A stretch of DNA of 64,000 nucleotides from a virus (lineage: Duplodnaviria; Caudoviricetes). Made by a program: the position numbers and the translations under genes. This document shows, piece after piece, positions 48,285 to 55,727 of this stretch (position 1 is its first letter; every line of letters begins with the position of its first letter). The notes beneath the pieces were generated by a model. That model was not told the DNA's origin, did not search any database, and was given only the letters and a program-made list of their open reading frames with translations. Location: positions 64,001 through 128,000 of IMG/VR virus record IMGVR_UViG_3300021399_000111. The stretch is one strand, 5' to 3'.

Positions 48285-48808
48285 AGTTAATAATGAGACG
48301 ATACCACCGCTCTACCTGAGGATAACTTTCCCAACCTACAGAATATACTCTGTTTTCCAGATAATATACTCTGCTGCATGCTAGGTTGCTCAGGCCCCCG
48401 ACATTAGTCGTTCAGAAGGTTTCTACGCACCTACAACAAATAGATAGCTTACCGCAAGAGGCGAATTCATTTTTGTTCTTGTCTCTGATTCAAGGATATA
48501 AGGGGTGGCTTCGCCTAGTATCCCTTGTTCCTCTCTCGCCCATTTCAGCTAACAACCCTGGTCCTCGTGCTTCCACTTGTCTCGAACCTTTACCTGTAGG
48601 AGAACTGATCAGGTCCTCGTTCGCAGGCTTTTCCCCCGAAATCTGCGGGTCTGTTTGGGGACTTAGTGGTCAGCACAGCACATAGGTGGCAACATTTTAG
48701 GGTCCGTCGCCCAGACCGCTTGAGACGGGTTTTATGTCTCCGTTCCGACAGATGATTATTTGTGCCCCTTATCCAAGGTTTTGCGTATGCATCCGCCACA
48801 AATAATCT
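48285..48808 (-). ncRNA. Candidate large structured ncRNA (~520 nt)
   Basis: GC-rich, no credible ORF, many hairpins, between tRNA genes. Confidence 0.5.
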
Positions 48809-48809
48809 A

Positions 48810-48893
48810 TGCTGATGGTGGGACTCGAACCCACACGAGCTTTCGCTCAACGGATTTTAAGTCCGTTGCGTCTACCTATTCCGCCACACCAGC
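48810..48893 (-). tRNA. tRNA-Leu(UAA)
   Basis: ACGGA-CT-TAA-AA-TCCGT. Confidence 0.95.
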
Positions 48894-48900
48894 GAAGAAC

Positions 48901-48971
48901 TGTGCCCTACAGGAGTTGAACCTGCCTAGTTAGATTAAAAGTCTAATGCATAACCGATTTGCTAAGGGCAC
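48901..48971 (-). tRNA. tRNA-Lys(UUU)
   Basis: TTAGA-CT-TTT-AA-TCTAA. Confidence 0.92.
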
Positions 48972-48979
48972 TGAATCTA

Positions 48980-49114
48980 TCAGACTAGCTTTTCAAGATT
49001 GCGGATTTCGCGTTTCAGCCGCCTAACAACTCCGCCCGCCTTGATATCCTTAGGATCATTTACCAACTTATTCAGTCTATCTCTTTTCAGTGCCAACTTT
49101 TCATTAATAGTCAT
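48980..49114 (-). CDS. Small basic protein, 44 aa (MTINEKLALKRDRLNKL...RRLKREIRNLEKLV)
   Basis: Manual translation; AAGGAG RBS. Confidence 0.6.
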   Translation of the reverse strand: MTINEKLALKRDRLNKLVNDPKDIKAGGVVRRLKREIRNLEKLV

Positions 49115-49131
49115 TTCTCTCTTCTCCTTTT

Positions 49132-49488
49132 TCAATCATCTTCCCACATAACAGTATCATGCATTGGAGCAAAGGTCTTAATACGATTATGTTCTACAAT
49201 ACCAAGCAACTTTTCATTATCATCTTCTTCTAAGATATAAATACGAGCAGTATCAGAAGTAAATGCTTTCCTTCCTTTTGGTTGAGTACACAACTTGGCA
49301 CATTTTTCTATCCTTGCCATATCAGTTGTATTTAACTCCATACGACCACCACCGCCAACAACGATAAAGATTGGTTTACCATTTTTAAACTTAGGTTTTG
49401 TATCAAGAATTCTACCAATCCATTTAATATGATATTCGCTATGGACATCCTTAACTATTAAATGAGTTTTAATGAGAATCTCTTCCAT
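49132..49488 (-). CDS. Hypothetical protein
   Basis: ORF track; coupled to upstream gene. Confidence 0.6.
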   Translation of the reverse strand: MEEILIKTHLIVKDVHSEYHIKWIGRILDTKPKFKNGKPIFIVVGGGGRMELNTTDMARIEKCAKLCTQPKGRKAFTSDTARIYILEEDDNEKLLGIVEHNRIKTFAPMHDTVMWEDD

Positions 49489-49693
49489 TGTTTATCCTTT
49501 CAAAGAAATCCATAATATCATTGTTAACTTGTCTAGTCACTATATCAGAACTGGCTACTGATTTAGATGGCGGAGGATTAGGATTATGTTCTTTCCAACA
49601 TTTTAAATAGTGCTTTTGAATAAGTTCCTCTGTTTTAAACTTCTTAAAACAAGTAGGACAAATAAACAATATATTTATTCTCCTTTTCTCCAT
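49469..49693 (-). CDS. Small C2H(C)-type zinc-finger protein
   Basis: FICPTCFKKF....LIQKHYLKC; starts just after a promoter (possibly leaderless). Confidence 0.6.
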   Translation of the reverse strand: MEKRRINILFICPTCFKKFKTEELIQKHYLKCWKEHNPNPPPSKSVASSDIVTRQVNNDIMDFFERINNGRDSH

Positions 49694-49859
49694 TTGATAT
49701 ATATATTATATCATAAATTTTAATAAAAATCAAATGGTGTTTGCGGGCGCCGCCTCGGGAACTATTAAACGGAACATCAGGCGCTTTATATCCACGCCCG
49801 CCGCACCTCCAATATAAAAACGGGTTTTTGATTATGCTAGAACCCCTTAAAACTAGCGA

Positions 49860-49933
49860 TAGCGAGGGCAAGATTTGAACTTGCGACCTTCTGGGCATGA
49901 GCCAGATGAGCTTCCGGACTGCTCCACCTCGCG
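49860..49933 (-). tRNA. tRNA-Met(CAU), initiator-like
   Basis: C1:U72 mismatch, TCTGG-CT-CAT-GC-CCAGA. Confidence 0.88.
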
Positions 49934-49953
49934 ATATAGCATAGGGATAATTA

Positions 49954-50075
49954 CAAGACACTCAAGTTTTTGCTACCATTACACCATACAACCCCTAAAT
50001 TGCACTGGGATTCGAACCCAGACCAAAAAATTTGCAGTTTTCTTTTATTCTTGAAAAATTTGCTGTATGTGTCTC
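49954..50075 (-). ncRNA. Y-RNA-like motif copy 4 with circularly permuted tRNA domain (YrlA-like)
   Basis: GAGACAC-ATACAGCAA; then anticodon-like hairpin, T arm, loop-closed acceptor TGCAAT/GTTGTA, D arm; GTGTCTT-G. Confidence 0.75.
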
Positions 50076-50077
50076 AA

Positions 50078-50996
50078 TCACCTGACCGGGACTCGAACCC
50101 GGATTTGCAGCGTGAAGCTGATTATGAGTCTTGCACTCATATTTTTGACCAATCATCGTCAGAATATTTATTTATGTCAACTTTCTTTCGAGGAAGATTA
50201 AATTTATCGCACCATTTCCTTATAGCATTATCAGTTACTCCATATTGTAAACCTATCTGAGTAAAAGGCAAAGTACGAATTAATTTTTTTAATTCTTCTC
50301 TTGTAACAGGTAAATCTGTACAAGGAATAATTTGTTTTTTAGAAGAACATTCTCTACATCTTTGACTTTCTTTAGAAATTTCTTTCCCACAATCAATACA
50401 AAAATTCTTTTTTATATATTGTTTTCTATTTTTCCCATTTGTAGTATCTAATTGTTGATTACAATTAGGACAAACCCAACGAAGATTCTCTAATCTATCA
50501 TCATGATTTGAACCATTAATATGATCGAGAATTAGAATTAATTCTTTTCCTTGCCATATTGGTTCTTGTCCACAGATACTACATACATATGGAACATAAT
50601 TTCCTTTTACAAACCAATTTCTTAATGTTTTTTGATCAGCAGTTGAATTTTCTACAAAAACATTTTCTACTGTTCTTTTAATTGGTTCCTTTTTTTGTCC
50701 AAAATGTGAATAATCAAATTTTTCAATTTTTTCTTCTAAAAAATTTTTTAAATCTCCTGAGAAAGCTGTATATCCCAACTTTCTTGCTAATTCTCTAAAA
50801 GAATTAGACTGTTCAACAATTTGTTGTAATTCATTTTCATTATAATTATCAATTAAAGAACTCATATATTTCTCTCCTTTTTTTGATATTATATATGAAA
50901 ATTGAACTTACATAATTGAATTCGATTGTCCAAAAGTTTTCCTTTTAAACTAAAATCAACAAGGCTGCTGTCCTAGACCTGTTAGACGACCAGGCG
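50078..50996 (-). tRNA. tRNA-Glu(UUC) interrupted in the anticodon by an 845-nt insertion (exons 50996-50961 and 50115-50078, +/-1 nt)
   Basis: Joining the halves gives a full cloverleaf: acceptor CGCCTGG/TCAGGTG, GCAGC-CT-TTC-AC-GCTGC, CCGGG-TTCGAGT-CCCGG. Confidence 0.88.
50137..50865 (-). CDS. HNH homing endonuclease inside the tRNA-Glu insertion
   Basis: CSICG...LDHINGSNHDDRLENLRWVCPNC; second Zn motif; C-terminal HTH. Confidence 0.9.
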   Translation of the reverse strand: MSSLIDNYNENELQQIVEQSNSFRELARKLGYTAFSGDLKNFLEEKIEKFDYSHFGQKKEPIKRTVENVFVENSTADQKTLRNWFVKGNYVPYVCSICGQEPIWQGKELILILDHINGSNHDDRLENLRWVCPNCNQQLDTTNGKNRKQYIKKNFCIDCGKEISKESQRCRECSSKKQIIPCTDLPVTREELKKLIRTLPFTQIGLQYGVTDNAIRKWCDKFNLPRKKVDINKYSDDDWSKI

Positions 50997-51352
50997 AGAA
51001 TCGATTTTAGAGGATAATCGAGAACCCGTGCTCCCTATACGCCGAGTCAGCGGTTTTTGTTATGATTTATATACCGGTAGCAAACAGGTTTTCTCCGCAA
51101 AGCCCGGTTAAAAAGACAATACCTTAACTACTTGGTTATGACCGCATTAACACCTAGTGTCTGCCGCCACTCGGATTTGCACCGAGGATTTTGTCTTATT
51201 CTCCACGATAGCCTGCCGATACAGCGCGCCCACATCTGTTACTCTCTAGCTACTAGAGCGAGATTCGGACTATCCTCCAATCGGTTATCTACCCTTTGTG
51301 GAAATGAAGTCGTCCTGCCCCACTCCGAAGAGGTTGCGTGTCCTGACTTCAA

Positions 51353-51425
51353 TGACGGATGCGAGATTCGAACACGCGTTCCCCGACTGAGAATCGGGAG
51401 TCCTGAGCCACTAGACGAATCCGCC
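51353..51425 (-). tRNA. tRNA-Glu(CUC)
   Basis: CCCGA-TT-CTC-AG-TCGGG. Confidence 0.9.
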
Positions 51426-51665
51426 AGCTAATGCGTTTGCTTTATTTTTTACGAGTAATCAAGACGCTAATGGAAACTCGGTTCTTTTAACGAGGTTGTC
51501 TCCTCAATGAAGATAGGAAGAGTTGTGGGTTACTACCGACCTCTTTCTGCAAGCCTTTTCAACTAAAAAGTATGCTAACTATCTTCTTAAAAAATATATA
51601 CAAGTGTTTTTCATTTGTTATATATATTATAACATATTTTTTATAAAAAATCAAATTATTTTCAA

Positions 51666-51741
51666 TGGAGCTTATGAGAATCGAACTCATCTGCTTTCCG
51701 CATTGCAGGTGCGGTGACCACTCCTTGCAGTCCCAAACCCC
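51666..51741 (-). tRNA. tRNA-Ala(UGC), C33
   Basis: G3.U70; CCGCA-CC-TGC-AA-TGCGG. Confidence 0.88.
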
Positions 51742-51746
51742 AATCT

Positions 51747-51871
51747 CTAGGCACACCACTCTTTTTTTATTATTTTAAGTGGGAAAAATCTGTTGTTCAA
51801 AAAATCCACCGCGCTTTACTTTAAAAACAGTTAGCTTGATATTTTGTTAAAGTTTGCTGAACTTGTGCCTA
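51747..51871 (-). ncRNA. Y-RNA-like motif copy 5
   Basis: TAGGCAC-AAGTTCAGCAA...GTGCCTA-G. Confidence 0.6.
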
Positions 51872-51938
51872 TATATTTTCTTTTTCCTTAACTTTCTATA
51901 AATATTATAATATAATTTTTATAAAAAATCAAATTGGA

Positions 51939-52011
51939 AGCACCATGTGAGACTCGAACTCGCATTTCAGACTTGGCAAGCCTGTATATTAACCACTTAT
52001 ACGAATGGTGC
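51939..52011 (-). tRNA. tRNA-Gly(GCC)
   Basis: CAGGC-TT-GCC-AA-GTCTG. Confidence 0.92.
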
Positions 52012-52017
52012 AAAATA

Positions 52018-52167
52018 CAAAACTCTAAATAATCTTTCTTAAAACATTTTACTTCCTCGCCTAGACATTGTTAAGGGGTCTGCGGGGCCACACCTCTTCC
52101 ATAAATCCAGAATATTCCTCAAACATTTTAAAATTAATTATCTAAAAGTTTTGCTAAAATAGTTTTA
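52018..52167 (-). ncRNA. Y-RNA-like motif copy 6
   Basis: AAAACT-ATTTTAGCAA..TTAGATAATT/GATTATTTAG-AGTTTT-G. Confidence 0.5.
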
Positions 52168-52515
52168 TAAGCAATTCGTTGGGCTACATTAGTGTATTTC
52201 ATGTTCACTTATAAAAATATTTTTTAATATAGTTTTCCCATCTATTATTTAACTCCTAATACACATTCCCCTGTTTGACGTACAGGTAGAGTTATAACGC
52301 ACATACAGTCATCTCTACGAAGTAGCTCGGCTATTCAGATATATCGTTTCACTGAAATAGCAGGATGGAGTATCCTTTTTCTATATGTGATGTAAGAAAA
52401 GAGCCTTCAGCTATAGGAGCAGCTCTCATGCATATTCCCTAACGAGGATTTGGGACATCTATTTTAGATGCTTCCTACCCCGCCTATATTCACATCTTCT
52501 TACATTCAATTTAAA

Positions 52516-52588
52516 AGCACCATGTGAGATTCGAACTCACATAGCAGGCGTGGAAGACCTGCGTACTAAACCGTTATACGAATGGTGC
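52516..52588 (-). tRNA. tRNA-Gly(UCC)
   Basis: CAGGT-CT-TCC-AC-GCCTG. Confidence 0.93.
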
Positions 52589-52589
52589 A

Positions 52590-53153
52590 TTTAGGATTGC
52601 TTTATTCTCACGCTCGTACAATCCTGCCGATGTACCCCATCGGACGCCGTCGCATCTCATTATTTTTCATCTGCCCTTTGCGAGGAGCAGGCGATCTCGT
52701 TTACTGTCTATGGATCCTCGACAACTAAAGCCTACCTCCGCCGTAGAATTTCAGCAGACGCTCAACCCTGTCTACTTCAGGACCACCCAGCACTTAAAGT
52801 GATCAAGAGCCATGGTCTCCAACGAGAACTTTTGCCCGTGTTAGCCGCCATCTGCCTAGCCTTTCGACTTGCCGAAATTAAATTAAAGAAGGACTCGACC
52901 AACATCCTACTTCGTTTGCAAACTAGCTTACTTCATTTCGAGGCTTAGGCGAACACCTCAGGTAGCAACATAGCTTAATTAGACCTACCGCATTTTCTTG
53001 GCATCTTTTTACCATTCTCGTTGGTGGGTGAGGAAAGACAATGCTCTGCAAGATCCCCTACGATTAGCTTCCCTCTGGTCGCTAACTAACCACTGGTTTG
53101 TTCCTGTTCAACTCCAGCATCAAGCCACTCTAACGCTTTGTCTGCCTTAGAGA
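52590..53153 (-). ncRNA. Candidate large structured ncRNA (~565 nt, ROOL/GOLLD-class context)
   Basis: GC-rich ORF-free block filling the gap between tRNA-Asn and tRNA-Gly; multiple stems. Confidence 0.55.
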
Positions 53154-53155
53154 AA

Positions 53156-53227
53156 CGGGAGTGTAGGGACTTGAACCCCAATACTACGGTTAACAGCCGC
53201 ATGTCCTGACCATTGGACGACACTCCC
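53156..53227 (-). tRNA. tRNA-Asn(GUU)
   Basis: TGCGG-CT-GTT-AA-CCGTA. Confidence 0.93.
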
Positions 53228-53388
53228 TATTTAGGATTTTCCATACAAGAAAGACCCTAAACTTTCATGTATGAGGTGAGATTTCTCTAAATCTCCGCAC
53301 TCTCAAAAGCATCACCATAGCCTTTTATTATTCCTCGGTTTTAGTACGAGGTGGGATTAGAGAGGTGACAAGGAACCCTTACTTCGAG

Positions 53389-53461
53389 CGACCCCAGCGA
53401 GAATCGAACTCGCGACACGGATGTGACAGACCCGCATTTTAACCATCTAAACTATGGAGCC
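53389..53461 (-). tRNA. tRNA-Asp(GUC)
   Basis: CGGGT-CT-GTC-AC-ATCCG. Confidence 0.93.
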
Positions 53462-53864
53462 AATTGCGGAGCCCATCCCGCATTTGTTGGGCAAAAAGAA
53501 AGAGAGGGGATATAAGATAAAGGAAAGACCTCAAAGGGAAAAATGTCAAAGCACTTCACATCCCCTTACCTTATATAAATATTATAACAAAAATTTTGAA
53601 AGAAATCAAGTAAATGGAACTCGGTTACATTTATCCACCGAAAAGTTAAACCCCGAGGGCCACAGGTGGTCGCCACTTGCTTTGAACAACTAGAATTTGT
53701 AAGAAATAAGATTTTTCTTTTTCAACTTTCTTACAAATATATTATAACAAAATTTTTATTAAAAATCAAATTGAGATATTTTATTTAAAATTTTGTTATT
53801 TCCGTTTCATACATTTTGTCCAATAACTTTATAATTTTTCTTGTATGTAAGATGGAACCTTATC

Positions 53865-53936
53865 TAGGCTACCTGGGAATCGGACCCAGATCTACAGTTC
53901 CGTAGACTGTTGTTCTGTCCATTATACTAGTAGCCT
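53865..53936 (-). tRNA. tRNA-Arg(ACG), T-loop TCC variant
   Basis: ACAGT-CT-ACG-GA-ACTGT. Confidence 0.9.
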
Positions 53937-53942
53937 AAGAGA

Positions 53943-54016
53943 TCGGGAAGAGGGGACTTGAACCCCCAGCCTTTGGTTTATAAGACCACTGCGCTAACCT
54001 GTTGCGCCACTTCCCA
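53943..54016 (-). tRNA. tRNA-Ile(UAU)
   Basis: GTGGT-CT-TAT-AA-ACCAA. Confidence 0.88.
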
Positions 54017-54019
54017 GTA

Positions 54020-54090
54020 TTGGGCATAATGGAATCGAACCATTATTACCTCCTTATCAGAGAGGCTTCCTACCTTTGAAAGAATGCCCA
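54020..54090 (-). tRNA. tRNA-Ile(GAU)
   Basis: CCTCT-CT-GAT-AA-GGAGG. Confidence 0.9.
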
Positions 54091-54091
54091 G

Positions 54092-54163
54092 TCAAGCGTC
54101 TGGGAATCGAACCCAGATTAACAGATTAGAAGTCTATTGTTCTTTCCATTAGACTAACGCTTG
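54092..54163 (-). tRNA. tRNA-Arg(UCU)
   Basis: ATAGA-CT-TCT-AA-TCTGT. Confidence 0.92.
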
Positions 54164-54226
54164 ATTACAAAGTAAATATCATTCATTCACTTTGTATATA
54201 TATTATATCAAAATTTTTATTAAAAA

Positions 54227-54517
54227 TCAAATAAGGAAATTTTTATTTCGAGCAATCTTGTTTATATATAAAACAAAAGCATGCATATTAGAATAATGGT
54301 TTTTGTCCCAGTGATATAACAAAGTTTTTCCATCAAAACTAATATGATCTGGTTTATAGTTCTCAATAAGCCACTTAATAAAATCTACTGGTGCCATATT
54401 AAGAAGCCTTGCGGGAACCCACCAATAACCGCTGATTCCCGCTAAATCATTAACATCATTACAATGCCAGCCAGATGCACTCTCCCATTCTGTATACTTT
54501 AGGATATGTTTGCTCAT
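54227..54517 (-). CDS. Hypothetical protein
   Basis: ORF track, start moved to MSKHIL. Confidence 0.55.
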   Translation of the reverse strand: MSKHILKYTEWESASGWHCNDVNDLAGISGYWWVPARLLNMAPVDFIKWLIENYKPDHISFDGKTLLYHWDKNHYSNMHAFVLYINKIARNKNFLI

Positions 54518-54518
54518 T

Positions 54519-54821
54519 TTAAATTCCCAATGCATTCATAAAATTTCTTACAGTTTCTAACTCTTCATCTGTTGGTGCTGTCACATTCTGCGGCGGCGCA
54601 TCACTAAAATCGATTCTCCCAGAACTAACCTGAGGAGCTACAGGGCTGCCGCCTCCCACATTTTCCTTTGCACAAGTTAATGCAATTTTGATTTCAATAG
54701 GCTCACCATTCTCCACGATTGGAATTCGAATCTCTTTACCATCATTCCAAACAAAAGCACCATCAAAAGTATCTAAAATCTTCTGCGTAATAATCTGCTT
54801 ACTTTCTGCGCCCTTTGCCAT
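54519..54821 (-). CDS. Hypothetical protein
   Basis: Promoter and GAGG RBS upstream. Confidence 0.6.
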   Translation of the reverse strand: MAKGAESKQIITQKILDTFDGAFVWNDGKEIRIPIVENGEPIEIKIALTCAKENVGGGSPVAPQVSSGRIDFSDAPPQNVTAPTDEELETVRNFMNALGI

Positions 54822-54875
54822 GTCTTATCTTTTCCTCACTTTCTATATATATTATAACAAAAATTTTATAAAAAA

Positions 54876-55727
54876 TCAAAAGCATTGCCTGAGGCAATCC
54901 GTACAAACATAATAATCTCCATACATATCTTTTACATGATGTTTGTCATTATGATTAAGAGAACTTCCGCATATTGCACATTTTGTACTATCACCGCGGG
55001 AAGGGAAAATATTATAGTAAATTGCAGAGCGATCCGCTATATACTCAAACTTAGGAATTCCTGATGCAGCAAATTCAAGAATTCCGCAAACTCTATCGAA
55101 AGTACTTTCTAACCAATCTGTATGTAATAATTCAATATTCTGATGTTCATTTTCATAGCCAACAGAAAGATTAACTGCCGCAATATTCCATGCGGGAGCC
55201 AAAAAACTAATATCTGAATAACTACCCCATGCAGATTTAAAACCAAATGACTCGATAAATTGTGTAAATGATGCATTATTACAATTATAAAAAACGCAAT
55301 CATTTTTACCGCGTCTATCTAACTGAATTATTGCATGCAAATTTTCCAAAGGGCATTTTGGTTTTTCTGAGACGAGGTTCTGGGCCCCCAGCGCCCCAAG
55401 CTCCTCATCACAAGTAAAAATAATTGAAGGTCTATATCCTTGTTCAATTATTTGCACAATAAGATAAACACCAGCTCGATCATCTGCTCCTAATAACTGC
55501 GGAGACCACATTACCTTTTTACTTTTGTCATAATAAATATCAGTAGGCGGAATGGATTCTACTGTGTCTAAGTGAGCCACTAAAGCAATTTGTAATTCAC
55601 CTTGTGCATAAATATAATCTTCACCATCAACAACTGTATTATAGTATCTTTGTAAAAAATTCTTAAGTGTCGCTTTCAGTTGTTCCTGAGTCATCTTGCA
55701 AATTGTTTCCATCAAGGTCGTGTTCAT
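54876..55727 (-). CDS. M28/M20-family Zn peptidase-like protein with C-terminal Zn finger
   Basis: AHLDTV, LGADDRAG, DEE, DRRG, SDIS, NLSVGY..EH. Confidence 0.8.
   Translation of the reverse strand: MNTTLMETICKMTQEQLKATLKNFLQRYYNTVVDGEDYIYAQGELQIALVAHLDTVESIPPTDIYYDKSKKVMWSPQLLGADDRAGVYLIVQIIEQGYRPSIIFTCDEELGALGAQNLVSEKPKCPLENLHAIIQLDRRGKNDCVFYNCNNASFTQFIESFGFKSAWGSYSDISFLAPAWNIAAVNLSVGYENEHQNIELLHTDWLESTFDRVCGILEFAASGIPKFEYIADRSAIYYNIFPSRGDSTKCAICGSSLNHNDKHHVKDMYGDYYVCTDCLRQCF

Noticed and set aside
49815-49856. preQ1-I riboswitch (GGTTCTAGC)
   Set aside because: Lacks the closing stem plus A-rich tail arrangement and an appropriate downstream gene
50116-50961. Group I/II or BHB intron in tRNA-Glu
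   Set aside because: No terminal G, no GUGYG start, only ~115 non-coding nt, and junction geometry is a 3x5 internal loop rather than bulge-helix-bulge
46715-53693. Track ORFs overlapping tRNAs/ncRNAs (e.g. 46715, 47423, 47588, 48386, 48590, 49644, 49970, 51132, 51559, 53454)
   Set aside because: Artefacts of GC-rich RNA genes; same for 28681 and 28968 over tRNA-Thr/tmRNA
46894-54163. tRNA-associated HDV-like (theta) ribozymes or RNase P RNA
   Set aside because: No nested double-pseudoknot at tRNA 3' ends and no GAGGAAAGTCC signature recognised by eye; a cmsearch is needed to exclude them
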